29,518 nucleotides of DNA, taken from the NCBI GenBank assembly GCA_965648905.1, contig CBFGIT010000030.1, forward strand, positions 1 to 29,518. Direction: 5' to 3'. A program made the translations under genes and the position numbers. The notes under the pieces were generated by a model. It was not told where the DNA came from. It ran no database searches and was given only the letters and a program-made list of their open reading frames with translations. Numbering within the stretch: the first letter of the stretch is position 1; each line of letters opens with the position of its first letter. Below are positions 7,540 to 16,272 of the stretch, piece after piece. This DNA is from a candidate division WOR-3 bacterium (GTDB lineage Bacteria; Hydrothermota; Tepidihabitantia; Tepidihabitantales; Tepidihabitantaceae).

Positions 7540-9690
7540 ATGACCAGAGCGCTGATTGGGTTGTTGAGCTGTTCTGTATTGGTGCTGGCGATGCCGTTGC
7601 CTGAGTCCGGAGCACCGCCGCCGGAAGCGGTTCCGTTCGATGACGCCAGCCGGGTCGCCTTGAGCCTTGCGCGAGCCGAGTTCCCGGGCGCACGACTGGG
7701 CACGGTTGTGCCCTATGTTGACGAGTCGGGCATGACTGCGGCCTGGATGTTCCACTTCAGGACTGATGGTGGTATGTTTCCCGACTATGACCGGGTCGCG
7801 GATGAGGTGCTTGCCCAGCGCCAAACTTTGGCGCCGAACACCAATCTGACCTGCTGGACATCGCCCTACTGCTACGTGCTTGTCTCGGCACGCTATGACC
7901 GGCCGCCGGTCTGCCGCTTCGGCTACGGCAGCTCCGAGTACTACGCGCTCGGCCGCCCGGCGCTCAATGAGGCTCGGGCACTTCTGGGCGTTGATGCCCG
8001 GCTGTCGCGCATCTACTTTGTTTACCCGAACACCTATCTTGAGTTTGAAAACGGAGTCGGTCAACGTGTTGTCCTCTCCTTTCAGCCGAAGCGCGTCTGG
8101 TCATCGCGGGCGGACTTCGCGGAATACATAGCGGTCGAGCGGTCCGAGATGGAACGTCAGTACCCGGTGGATGAGCAGGCGGTCCGTGAGTGCCACCGCC
8201 GCGAGTGGGACCGAGCGCTGGTCGGTTACGGGCCGAGTTATGCCGACGTGTTCGTACCCAACGTGAGCCGGGCGCCGTTCTACGACTGGAGCTATGGATG
8301 CACGCCGACTTCAGGCGCGATTGTCCTGGGGTACATCGACCGCACCAGAGAATACGGCCGACTCGTAGACTGGTTTGCCCAGCGTCGTGACAACGTTGAG
8401 AATGAGATGGACTGGCAGATACCCAACGTGCAGCGGGAGTGTGCTCTGGCGATGTACACCGATACGAGTTACGGCGGGACGTATCTGCAGTACATCGCAC
8501 CCGGACTGGCAACGGTCGGGGCTGATAACGGCTACTCGTTCGAGGTAACCGATGTTCTGGGCGCGGAGTGGAACGACTGGGCCTGGGATACGATCACGGC
8601 GCAGATTGACTCGGGTCGGCCGATGGTCTGGTCTGCGACCTGGGAGCGGCATTCGCTGGCCTGTTTCGGCTACCGGACCGAAGGTCAGTTCCTGTATGTG
8701 CACAATACCTGGTGGCAGCCCGCGGCCTGGTGGTCTCATTCTGGGCCGAACTGGGCCCATGTTGCTGCCGTCAACCCGAGTGGAGGCGACCCGCACCAGT
8801 TGCATCTGGTCTACCCCAAGGGCGATACGAACTACAATTCGACGGGCAGGGGAGAAGTAATCTACGTCGGAGACACCTGCCTTGTCCGCTGGGACAATCA
8901 CGGCAATCCGGGTACGGCAGTGGATATCTATCTGTCGCAGAACGGAGGGCGCGATTGGCTGCAGATCGTTGACGACGCTCCGGACAATGGTTCCTACGCC
9001 TGGTACGTTTCCGAGGCCCTGACGAGCAATGATACAAACCGGTTCCGACTCGAGCAGTACAATGGCGCCACCTATACTGCGGCCGACGGTTCGTTCGGCA
9101 ACTTCCGATTCCAGCGCGAGCCGATGCCGCCAACTCACCTGGCTCCACCCAATGGCCTGCCGCTTCAGAACCCGCCGGTCGTGCTGGTGATTGATTCGAC
9201 CCGGGCCCGGTGCGACAGCGTCGAGTTCAAGCTGATACTCGGGGTTGATACCATCTGGCATCAGCTTGGCACGGCGTCGCGCTGTTCGCTGCCCGACAAC
9301 CTGTTCGAGCGCAATCGTACGTACAAGTGGACGACACGAAGCCACAACCGGTTCGGCTGGGGTTCATGGGCAGGCACGTGGTCTTTTCGGGTGATGTTCG
9401 GTGGGGTCGAGGAGGCACCAGGGTCGTTACGGCCACAGGAGCCTCGGCTGCCAGCAGTGGCGCGCGTAAGCGGCGGTGCAGTCATGTTGCCTGGTGCAGT
9501 GGCAGGCTCGAAGGTTGAGGTCTTTGATGCACTGGGGAACCTTGTCCGGGTGGTTCAGCCGGCTCAAGCAGGTGAGTCAGGTTGGGACCTGCGTGATGGT
9601 TACAGACGACGGGTTCAGACCGGCCTCTACTTCGTTCGGTTCGTGGCCGAAACCGGGACTCAAACTCGCAAGTTCGTCCTAGTCGACTAG
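7540..9690 (+). CDS. Secreted papain-fold cysteine peptidase (C39-like/C10-like) with propeptide-like N-terminus, Ig/Fn3-like domains and T9SS/FlgD-Ig-like C-terminal domain
   Basis: Signal peptide; catalytic-type WSYGCTPTS (Cys) and RHSLACFGY (His); CTD VFDALGNLVR...WDLRD...GLYFVR...KFVLVD; RBS GAGGAG before 7537/7540. Confidence 0.75.
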   Translation: MTRALIGLLSCSVLVLAMPLPESGAPPPEAVPFDDASRVALSLARAEFPGARLGTVVPYVDESGMTAAWMFHFRTDGGMFPDYDRVADEVLAQRQTLAPNTNLTCWTSPYCYVLVSARYDRPPVCRFGYGSSEYYALGRPALNEARALLGVDARLSRIYFVYPNTYLEFENGVGQRVVLSFQPKRVWSSRADFAEYIAVERSEMERQYPVDEQAVRECHRREWDRALVGYGPSYADVFVPNVSRAPFYDWSYGCTPTSGAIVLGYIDRTREYGRLVDWFAQRRDNVENEMDWQIPNVQRECALAMYTDTSYGGTYLQYIAPGLATVGADNGYSFEVTDVLGAEWNDWAWDTITAQIDSGRPMVWSATWERHSLACFGYRTEGQFLYVHNTWWQPAAWWSHSGPNWAHVAAVNPSGGDPHQLHLVYPKGDTNYNSTGRGEVIYVGDTCLVRWDNHGNPGTAVDIYLSQNGGRDWLQIVDDAPDNGSYAWYVSEALTSNDTNRFRLEQYNGATYTAADGSFGNFRFQREPMPPTHLAPPNGLPLQNPPVVLVIDSTRARCDSVEFKLILGVDTIWHQLGTASRCSLPDNLFERNRTYKWTTRSHNRFGWGSWAGTWSFRVMFGGVEEAPGSLRPQEPRLPAVARVSGGAVMLPGAVAGSKVEVFDALGNLVRVVQPAQAGESGWDLRDGYRRRVQTGLYFVRFVAETGTQTRKFVLVD

Positions 9691-9715
9691 GCGCAGCCGG
9701 ACAGAGGACGCAATG

Positions 9716-9748
9716 CCCCGACGCCCCGGTTCGGCCGGGGCGTCGGGG
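9716..9748. terminator. Bidirectional hairpin between convergent genes
   Basis: Perfect 14-bp stem CCCCGACGCCCCGG/CCGGGGCGTCGGGG with loop TTCGG; U-tracts are weak. Confidence 0.7.
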
Positions 9749-9759
9749 TTGCCAAGCGG

Positions 9760-12087
9760 TTAGCGGGTGACTAGGATCTTGGCGATTCTGTCCTGGCGTT
9801 TGACGAAGTAGACTCCGGGCGTGAGGGAGCCAACTTCGTTGGAACCCGGCTTGAGCAGGAGAAGTGTGCGTCCGGTTGCATCGAGGAGAGTTGCCGACGA
9901 TTCCTGACCGTCGTCTGCCGGAGTCAGATTGATAAATCCGCGGGAGACGGTAAGCGCGGGACGCGGCGAAAGGCCAGGGGAATGTGGTTCGGTGACCCCG
10001 GTCATGCTGTCGCGGAAGACCGAGATAGAGGAGTTGCCGTAGTTGGCGACATAGACCCGGTTGTCTTGTGGATGCCAGGCCATATCGACCGGCTGCAGAC
10101 CGGCCTGGAGTACGCTTCGTATCGAGTGGAGGCGCGCATCAATCACCGAGACCGTGCCGGTCGAATGGCAGCAGTAGACGGTCTTGTTCGCATCGTTGTA
10201 GAGCAGGCCGATGGGCCTTGGTGATACTGGTACAGTCGCGACCCACTGCCCGGTCGTGCCATCAATCACAGTCAGGTCGGCGCCGGCACGGTTCGCGCAG
10301 TAGACGAGGTTGCCTTCGGGCACGTGGAGCAGGGCCACAGGTTCCTGACCCACTCCAACGTTTGAGACGAGCGAGTCACCCCAGGCGTCGATGATGCTCA
10401 CGGTGTACGACTCGCGGTTGGCGCAGAATACGAGACCGCTTTGTGGATTGTAGCAGAGTGCGATTGGTGTGTCGCCGACCGCGATCGTGGCGCAGACAGT
10501 GTCGACCGAGCAGTTGATGACCGATACGGTCCGGCCCAGCGCATTAGCGCAGTAGACTCGGTTCTGAGTCGGGGCGGCGCAGAGCGCGACCGGCGCGTTA
10601 CCGACCGGGACCGATGCGATGGTCGTATCGAGTGAACCGGAGATGACGCTGAGCGCCCGCCGGGTCCGGCTGGTGACGTAGACCTTGTCCGCAGTTCGGT
10701 TGTAGCAGACCGCAAGGGGCGCGCCGCCAATCTTGGGCGTTGCGATGACGTTGCTCGACTGGCCGTCAATGATTGCCACGTCCGAACTGGCGTAGTTGAC
10801 GCAGTAGACCTTGTTTCTCTGGTCATTCCAGCAGAGTGCGCTTGGTTCGCGGCCGGTCTGGATACCGGCAATGACGGCGTTGGTCGGACAGTCAATCACT
10901 GCAACCATGCCAACTGCGCGGTTGGCCGAGTAGAGCAGGCGTCCGGTCGCGTTGTAGCAGAGGGCCTGGGGTTGGGCCCAGCTCGAGAGCACCGCAAGGG
11001 TTGCTCCGGACTGACCGTCGAGCACGGTCACCGTGTTGCCGGTGCGGCTGGCGCAGTAGACCCGGCCCGCGTCCGGGTTGAAGCAGAGTGCCACTGGTTC
11101 GTCGGCAACGGCGACCGACTCGATGACGGCATTGGTCGCGCCGTTGATGACCGAGACGCTGTCCGAGAGTTCGTTGGCACAGAAGACGCGGTTATGGACC
11201 GTGTCGCAGACCAGAGCGCGGGGATAGCGACCAACCCGAATCGTGGCAACGACCGCATTTGACGCGCCGTCAATCACGGTCAGCGTGCGACTTAGCTCGT
11301 TACCGCAGTACACCTTGTTGTTACGGGAATTGTAGGCGAGCGCGACCGGGCGTGACCCGGCTGGCCGGGAGGCAATCAGCGTGTTCGTCACGGCGTCAAC
11401 TATCCTGACGGAATCGCGCTGGTAGTCCGCAACGTAGACTTTGTTGTCGCGCGGGTTGTAGCACACGGCCGCAGCCTGACTGCCGACGGCAATCGTCGCT
11501 AGCACGGTGTCGGGAACGCAGTCAATGACCGAGAGCGTACCGGCATTCTTGTTGGCGACGAAGATGCGATTGTCAACCGTGTCGTAGACCAGGGCCTGCG
11601 GTGTCAGACCAACCGGCACGTGGCGCAGAACCTGATTGGACGCGGCGTCGATGACCGTGACGCTGGTGCTGACGTAGTTGGCGACATAGACCTTGTTACC
11701 GCGCGGGTCATAGGCCGCGGCGCACGGGCCACTACCGGTTGGCAAGGTGGCAATCACCGTGTTGGAGCCGGCGTCGATGATGGAGACGCTGTCAACCGCC
11801 CGATGGACAGCATAGACTCTGTTGCTCACCGGGTTGTAGCAAAGAGCGCTAACAGTAGACGTCACGGGAATAGTCATGGTCTGGCTGTTTGACGTGCCAT
11901 CAATGACGATGACCGAGTTGCCCGAGTCGCCGCCGACATAGACCGAGCCACTGCCCGAGGCGTAGACCAGGTTCTGCGGGTTGCGTGCCCCGCCGAACAA
12001 GATTGTCTGTTCCAGCCACTGGGCTCGAACCGCCGGAACTGAAGCGAGACAGAGCAGGCAGGTCAATACTGCGGACGTGGTTTTCAT
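9760..12087 (-). CDS. Secreted YncE/YVTN beta-propeller repeat protein (16 repeats) with T9SS-like C-terminal domain
   Basis: Signal peptide MKTTSAVL...VRA-Q; 16 repeats of ~42 aa (P.ALCYNP..NKVYCAN..S.TVSVID); C-terminus LLDATGR...PGVYFVK...KILVTR; RBS CAGGAGG before ATG 12087. Confidence 0.88.
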   Translation of the reverse strand: MKTTSAVLTCLLCLASVPAVRAQWLEQTILFGGARNPQNLVYASGSGSVYVGGDSGNSVIVIDGTSNSQTMTIPVTSTVSALCYNPVSNRVYAVHRAVDSVSIIDAGSNTVIATLPTGSGPCAAAYDPRGNKVYVANYVSTSVTVIDAASNQVLRHVPVGLTPQALVYDTVDNRIFVANKNAGTLSVIDCVPDTVLATIAVGSQAAAVCYNPRDNKVYVADYQRDSVRIVDAVTNTLIASRPAGSRPVALAYNSRNNKVYCGNELSRTLTVIDGASNAVVATIRVGRYPRALVCDTVHNRVFCANELSDSVSVINGATNAVIESVAVADEPVALCFNPDAGRVYCASRTGNTVTVLDGQSGATLAVLSSWAQPQALCYNATGRLLYSANRAVGMVAVIDCPTNAVIAGIQTGREPSALCWNDQRNKVYCVNYASSDVAIIDGQSSNVIATPKIGGAPLAVCYNRTADKVYVTSRTRRALSVISGSLDTTIASVPVGNAPVALCAAPTQNRVYCANALGRTVSVINCSVDTVCATIAVGDTPIALCYNPQSGLVFCANRESYTVSIIDAWGDSLVSNVGVGQEPVALLHVPEGNLVYCANRAGADLTVIDGTTGQWVATVPVSPRPIGLLYNDANKTVYCCHSTGTVSVIDARLHSIRSVLQAGLQPVDMAWHPQDNRVYVANYGNSSISVFRDSMTGVTEPHSPGLSPRPALTVSRGFINLTPADDGQESSATLLDATGRTLLLLKPGSNEVGSLTPGVYFVKRQDRIAKILVTR

Positions 12088-12104
12088 CGGGTCCTCCTGA
12101 CAAG

Positions 12105-12132
12105 ATGGTAGAACATCAGGAGCCAGTGTCAA
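12105..12132 (-). promoter_or_regulatory. Promoter of the YVTN propeller gene
   Basis: TTGACA-16 bp-TACCAT; the ORF track's TTG start at 12132 is this -35 box. Confidence 0.6.
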
Positions 12133-12169
12133 GCATGGACTTGGGCGCCGGCAGCGCGGCGCGGTCGGG

Positions 12170-12937
12170 CTAAGGCAGGGAACCAGAAGGCAGGTACTCG
12201 GGCTTCAGGTTGTGCAGGCCCCAGAAGAGATTGGTGCGGGTGCGAGGGTGCTGGTGATAGAGTCGTTCCAGGATGCGGCGGACCCGCATCCGGGTGCTCG
12301 ACCGGTCGGACGGGCAGCGGTAGCGCACGGCCTTCAATCCCTGAGCGGCGAGGTAGCGGCGAATAAGAGGTTTCCCTATGTAGTACAGGGGGCGGATGAT
12401 TTCGAGCCTGCCGTCGAAGAATTCCTGGCGCGGGACGATGGCCGCGGCCGAGGAGGTGAAGAGCAGGTTTAGAAGGAACGTTTCGTTGACGTCGTCCATG
12501 TTGTGGGCAAGGGCAAGCTTGCGGCAGCCTAGTTCGGCAGTGATTTCGAACAGGGCCTTGCGTCGCTCTCGCGCGCAGAGGAAACAGAGGCTGCGTTTGT
12601 CGGGGCGTCGGCCTGGGACACGATCCGGAATGTCGGACATTCCGGTCATGTCCCGCGCCACGGCGAGCTGTACCACCCGGCAGGGGAGTCCGATGCGCGC
12701 GCAGGCGCGTTCTATCCGGGCCGGGTTCCAGCCGGCGAACCCGGGGTCGATGTGAACCGGGTGGATGGTCCAGCCTCTGCGGCCGTGCCGGTTATGCTCG
12801 TGCAGTAGGTGTAGGAGGCACAGGCTGTCCGCACCGCCGGAGACCCCGACCACCACGCTTTCGCCGTCTTCGAGCAGGCGGCAGTGCTCAAGGCAGCGGC
12901 GGAAGAGCTGTGGGCAGGTCTTCTGGGGCCAGCTCAT
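12170..12937 (-). CDS. ttcA: TtcA-family tRNA 2-thiocytidine biosynthesis PP-loop protein
   Basis: PP-loop SGGADS, CFLCARERR, LALAHNMDD.NETFLLNL, IIRPLYY, single C-terminal CP. Confidence 0.8.
   Translation of the reverse strand: MSWPQKTCPQLFRRCLEHCRLLEDGESVVVGVSGGADSLCLLHLLHEHNRHGRRGWTIHPVHIDPGFAGWNPARIERACARIGLPCRVVQLAVARDMTGMSDIPDRVPGRRPDKRSLCFLCARERRKALFEITAELGCRKLALAHNMDDVNETFLLNLLFTSSAAAIVPRQEFFDGRLEIIRPLYYIGKPLIRRYLAAQGLKAVRYRCPSDRSSTRMRVRRILERLYHQHPRTRTNLFWGLHNLKPEYLPSGSLP
12615..12654. repeat. REP-like palindrome inside the ttcA coding sequence
   Basis: GGGACA-CGAT-CCGGAATGTC-G-GACATTCCGG-TCA-TGTCCC: perfect 10-bp inner and 6-bp outer inverted repeats. Confidence 0.6.
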
Positions 12938-12955
12938 AGCGGCGGTCGCGCGCCC

Positions 12956-13014
12956 AACTCAGAACTCAGAATGCAGAACCGAAGGGCGAGCGGCGAAGAG
13001 CGAACGGCGCAAGG
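12956..13014 (+). repeat. Degenerate heptamer tandem array filling the pmm-ttcA spacer
   Basis: aactcag aactcag aatgcag aac cgaaggg cgagcgg cgaagag cgaacgg cgcaagg. Confidence 0.6.
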
Positions 13015-13016
13015 CG

Positions 13017-14384
13017 TCATGTCCCCATTGGCAACCTGACTTCGGGGAAGCGGCGGAGCTGGTCGAAAAACAGCGCTTGGATTTCGGGCAGACGCTCCGG
13101 CGTGCGGGCCTCGAAACGAAGCACGAGCACAGGCTGGGTGTTCGAGGCGCGTACCAGCCCCCAGCCGTCCTCGAACACGACCCGCGCGCCGTCGATGTCG
13201 ATGACATGGTACCGGCTCTTGAAGTAGTCGCAAAGCTCGGACACGACCCGGAACTTGAGTTCGTCCGGGCAGTCGGCCCGAATCTCAGGCGTGGAGAAGT
13301 ACTGCGGCATCTCGGCCGCGAGGTTGGAGAGCTTCCGCCCGGTTTCGGCCATGATGCGCAGCAGGCGGAGCGAGGCGTATATGGCGTCGTCGTAGCCGTA
13401 GTAGTCGTCGGCGAAGAACATGTGTCCGGACATCTCGCCCGCGAGCAAGGCGCCTTGTTCCTTCATCTTGGCCTTGATGAGCGAGTGGCCGGTCTTCCAC
13501 ATCAGGGGCGTGCCACCGATGGACTCAAGGTACTCGATCAGTCCCTGCGAGCATTTTACCTCGAACACGACCTTAGCACCGGGGTTACGGGCAACGACCT
13601 CCTTGGCGCAGATACCCAGGAGTCGGTCGCCGTAGACAGTTGCGCCGGTCTCGTCGATCGCGCCGATTCGGTCGCCATCGCCGTCAAAGCCGATGCCGCA
13701 GTCGGCCGAGAGTTCCCGTACCTTGTCAGCGGCCTGCTTCATGTACTTGGGCACAGTGGGGTCAGGCACGTGGGCAGGGAACCGGCCGTCGGGTTGCAGG
13801 TTGATGAAGGTCGGCCGGACCCGGGTGCCGGCGAACAGCCGGTCCAGGAGTACGCCGGCAGTGCCGTTGCCCGGGTCGAACACAACCGAGAGCTCTTTGG
13901 GAATTTCGACTTTGGACCGGCACATGGCGACATACGCGGGGATGACGTCGGCCCTGGTCGTCCTGCCCCTGCCAGACTCGAACCGGCCTTCTTCCATCAG
14001 GCGCCGCAGGCGCTGGATTTCTTCGCCGTAGATGGTGGTCTTGTCCAGCCCGACCTTGAACCCGTTGAACTCAGGCGGGTTGTGGCTCGCGGTCACCATC
14101 ATGCCCGCCTCGGCCCCGAGGTGGAAGAACGAGAAGTAGAATACCGGGGTGGGGACAACGCCCAGGTCGGTCACGTCGAGGCCGGTCGAGACGATGCCGT
14201 CGGTCAGGGCCTCTTGGATGCGCGGGCCGGACAGGCGCACGTCCCGGCCCACCACGCACCAACGCTTGCCATGTCGGTGGGCATAGGTGCCGTAGGCCTG
14301 TCCGAGTCGAAACACATCAGTGTCAGTCAGGTCGGAATCGGCCAGGCCCCGGATGTCGTACTCGCGGAAGACGAGGGGATTCAC
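13017..14384 (-). CDS. Phosphomannomutase/phosphoglucomutase (AlgC-like)
   Basis: FREYDIRG, phosphoserine loop TASHNP, metal loop FDGDGDR, sugar loop GEMSGH, RASNTQP. Confidence 0.95.
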   Translation of the reverse strand: MNPLVFREYDIRGLADSDLTDTDVFRLGQAYGTYAHRHGKRWCVVGRDVRLSGPRIQEALTDGIVSTGLDVTDLGVVPTPVFYFSFFHLGAEAGMMVTASHNPPEFNGFKVGLDKTTIYGEEIQRLRRLMEEGRFESGRGRTTRADVIPAYVAMCRSKVEIPKELSVVFDPGNGTAGVLLDRLFAGTRVRPTFINLQPDGRFPAHVPDPTVPKYMKQAADKVRELSADCGIGFDGDGDRIGAIDETGATVYGDRLLGICAKEVVARNPGAKVVFEVKCSQGLIEYLESIGGTPLMWKTGHSLIKAKMKEQGALLAGEMSGHMFFADDYYGYDDAIYASLRLLRIMAETGRKLSNLAAEMPQYFSTPEIRADCPDELKFRVVSELCDYFKSRYHVIDIDGARVVFEDGWGLVRASNTQPVLVLRFEARTPERLPEIQALFFDQLRRFPEVRLPMGT

Positions 14385-14390
14385 GGTCGA

Positions 14391-14419
14391 ATACTAGCAG
14401 AGCAACGTGGGAAAGACAA
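14391..14419 (-). promoter_or_regulatory. Promoter of PMM/PGM, probably leaderless
   Basis: TTGTCT-17 bp-(TGc)TAGTAT, then 6 nt, then the GTG start; no RBS. Confidence 0.6.
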
Positions 14420-14443
14420 GCGGGGACGCACTCGCGTCCCCGC
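14412..14443 (-). terminator. Intrinsic terminator of the outer-membrane protein gene
   Basis: 10-bp perfect stem GCGGGGACGC/GCGTCCCCGC with 4-nt loop, followed on the minus strand by TTGTCTTT. Confidence 0.7.
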
Positions 14444-14462
14444 GCACACTCGATTGTCCGGG

Positions 14463-15464
14463 CTACCAACCCAGTCCGCAGCAGCCAACGCCGCCGCCTT
14501 TGCCACGGCGATAGGCGAGGTTGATGCTAAGGGCGGGACCGTGATGGACTTCTCCGCCGCCAAACAACAGGTAGTACCGTGCGTCCGCCATGACGTGGAA
14601 GTCGTAGGTGTGGAAGAGCATGTACCCGGCGCCGGGTGAGATCACGAATCCCGGGCCGCTCCTGTAATCGCCCCAGTATCCTTCCCGGTTCTTATAGTAG
14701 CTGTAGACGCCAATGCCCATGGCGCCGCCATAGTAGGGGGTGAAGTCTGCCCGCGAGGCGGTCTTGAACACGCCGATAGTGATGGGCATGAAGCTCGCCC
14801 CGCTGTAGGATTCGTTCGACATGTCGATGCTCGCCGAGTAGCGCAGTTCCGCGAAGAAGTCCGGCGTCTCATAGAGCGCTGCTCCGGCATAGGTCATCAG
14901 CATGTTGCTACCACCAAGGCTGGCAATAGGAACGAACGCCCCGAAACCGACGATGCCGCCGAAGAAGGCCTCGCGGCGGGTGGCCTCTTTGCCTTCCTTC
15001 TGCGTAACCTCGCCCAGTTCAACATCAGCCGCTGACTTCTTCTTTGATGCGACAGCCTTGGCAAGTCGCCGCAGTACGACGTCGAGTTCCTCCTGACTGG
15101 TGGTCGCAAGCTGGTCCTCGAACTCGACACCGGTCGAGACGTCGATAAGCTGGACCTTGCCGATGGTTTGAGTGCCCAGCTTGCTCAGGCTGCCGATCAC
15201 CGCTTTGGCCACGCCCATCGAGCGGGCGGCGTCCTGAGCTTCTGAGATTCGGGTTACCACCTTGTCCGAACCCAGAGCCGTGACTACCTCGTCCACGGAT
15301 GCGACCGAGAACTTGCCGGTTGCACTGAGCTCGGTGCGGAAGACCGAGGTCGCCACGACCGCGGTTACTGAGTCTATCCCAATTCCCTGGAAGCCAAACA
15401 CGGCCACCTTTGGCGCTGCGGCCGCGATTCCGACCAGGGCAACGAACATGACTGCCACTTTCAT
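14463..15464 (-). CDS. Outer-membrane protein: N-terminal CsgG/TolB_N-like alpha/beta domain plus a small C-terminal beta-barrel
   Basis: Signal peptide MKVAVMFVALVGIAAA; KVAVFGF...FRTELSATGKFSV...AVIGSLSKLG...VQLIDVSTG; alternating aromatic strands (FTPYYGGAMG, DARYYLL); RBS GGAGG before ATG 15464. Confidence 0.65.
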   Translation of the reverse strand: MKVAVMFVALVGIAAAAPKVAVFGFQGIGIDSVTAVVATSVFRTELSATGKFSVASVDEVVTALGSDKVVTRISEAQDAARSMGVAKAVIGSLSKLGTQTIGKVQLIDVSTGVEFEDQLATTSQEELDVVLRRLAKAVASKKKSAADVELGEVTQKEGKEATRREAFFGGIVGFGAFVPIASLGGSNMLMTYAGAALYETPDFFAELRYSASIDMSNESYSGASFMPITIGVFKTASRADFTPYYGGAMGIGVYSYYKNREGYWGDYRSGPGFVISPGAGYMLFHTYDFHVMADARYYLLFGGGEVHHGPALSINLAYRRGKGGGVGCCGLGW

Positions 15465-15517
15465 CGGACCTCCGTTTTGTTTGACACTGCTCTGCGCCGG
15501 ATTTCTCCAGCCCATAC

Positions 15518-15545
15518 AGTGTAGCTCGCTCGGCCTCAGTGTCAA
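15518..15545 (-). promoter_or_regulatory. Promoter of the outer-membrane protein gene
   Basis: TTGACA-16 bp-TACACT. Confidence 0.6.
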
Positions 15546-15572
15546 TACACGAAGAACAGACCATCGTCAGGC

Positions 15573-15602
15573 TTGACCGGCAAGCCTTCACTCGGCTATG
15601 AT
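15573..15602 (+). promoter_or_regulatory. Promoter of the NTF2-like gene, probably leaderless
   Basis: TTGACC-18 bp-TATGAT, then 6 nt to the in-frame ATG 15609. Confidence 0.55.
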
Positions 15603-15608
15603 GCGATG

Positions 15609-16247
15609 ATGTATCAGCTTGCGTCGCGACCACGAGCTTCCTCTCCGGTTCGGCTGGTTGCGGCTGGTCTTGTGTTGTGTGTGTTCTGCACTGGTCGGTG
15701 CGCGCGGGCAGCATTGGCCCGAGCTTCGCGGCAAGGCGGGACTGACTATCTGGTCGTCAGGAAGTTCGTTTCCGGGTTCGGCTCGATGTCAGGACCGAGT
15801 CTGGCGCGGTTGTTCGCTGAGGACGGTCGGGTGACAATCGAGGGTCTATCGGTGCTGTCGACCGGTCGGCAGGAGATAGCTGGGCTGGCAGAATACGGTA
15901 TCTCGGTGCGCTCCCGGATGACCCTGCTTGACTGGATTTCAGACAGCGCGGTCGTTTCGTGCCGCCTGGCCGAACGGAACGACTGGCTGCAGTTGCTCGG
16001 AGTGGACTCGGCCACCTACCGGTGTCGGTTTGCAGTCAATCGAGGGAGAATCAGCGATGCGGTCATCGCTCCGGAGCCGGCAAGCCAGGAGCTGCTGGCG
16101 GGGAAACTGGTTGAATTCGGGCTCTGGCTTGCGCTTAACCATCCGGCCGTACTCGGCAGACTGCTGCCGGACGGCAAACTGGTGCCGGGCCGGACCGACT
16201 TCGGGGAAGTGATGCGTCTGCTCAAACAGTGGCGCCGCGTGCGTTGA
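15609..16247 (+). CDS. Exported NTF2/SnoaL-like fold hypothetical protein
   Basis: Hydrophobic N-terminal segment; LARLFAEDG...GRQEI...F.V..GRI pattern typical of SnoaL-like domains. Start is ATG 15606 or 15609. Confidence 0.55.
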   Translation: MYQLASRPRASSPVRLVAAGLVLCVFCTGRCARAALARASRQGGTDYLVVRKFVSGFGSMSGPSLARLFAEDGRVTIEGLSVLSTGRQEIAGLAEYGISVRSRMTLLDWISDSAVVSCRLAERNDWLQLLGVDSATYRCRFAVNRGRISDAVIAPEPASQELLAGKLVEFGLWLALNHPAVLGRLLPDGKLVPGRTDFGEVMRLLKQWRRVR

Positions 16248-16272
16248 CCCTGGTCCGGTAATCGAGTATAAT
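16244..16272 (+). promoter_or_regulatory. Near-consensus sigma70 promoter of the C25 protease gene
   Basis: TTGACC-17 bp-TATAAT; the -35 box overlaps the upstream TGA stop. Confidence 0.75.

Noticed and set aside
9760..12087. CRISPR-like or DNA tandem array
   Set aside because: The ~126-bp periodicity is degenerate protein repeat coding with no identical repeats or spacers.
12765..14639. 624-aa plus-strand ORF
   Set aside because: Antisense shadow of the well-conserved PMM/PGM gene, expected from high-GC codon bias; no motifs.
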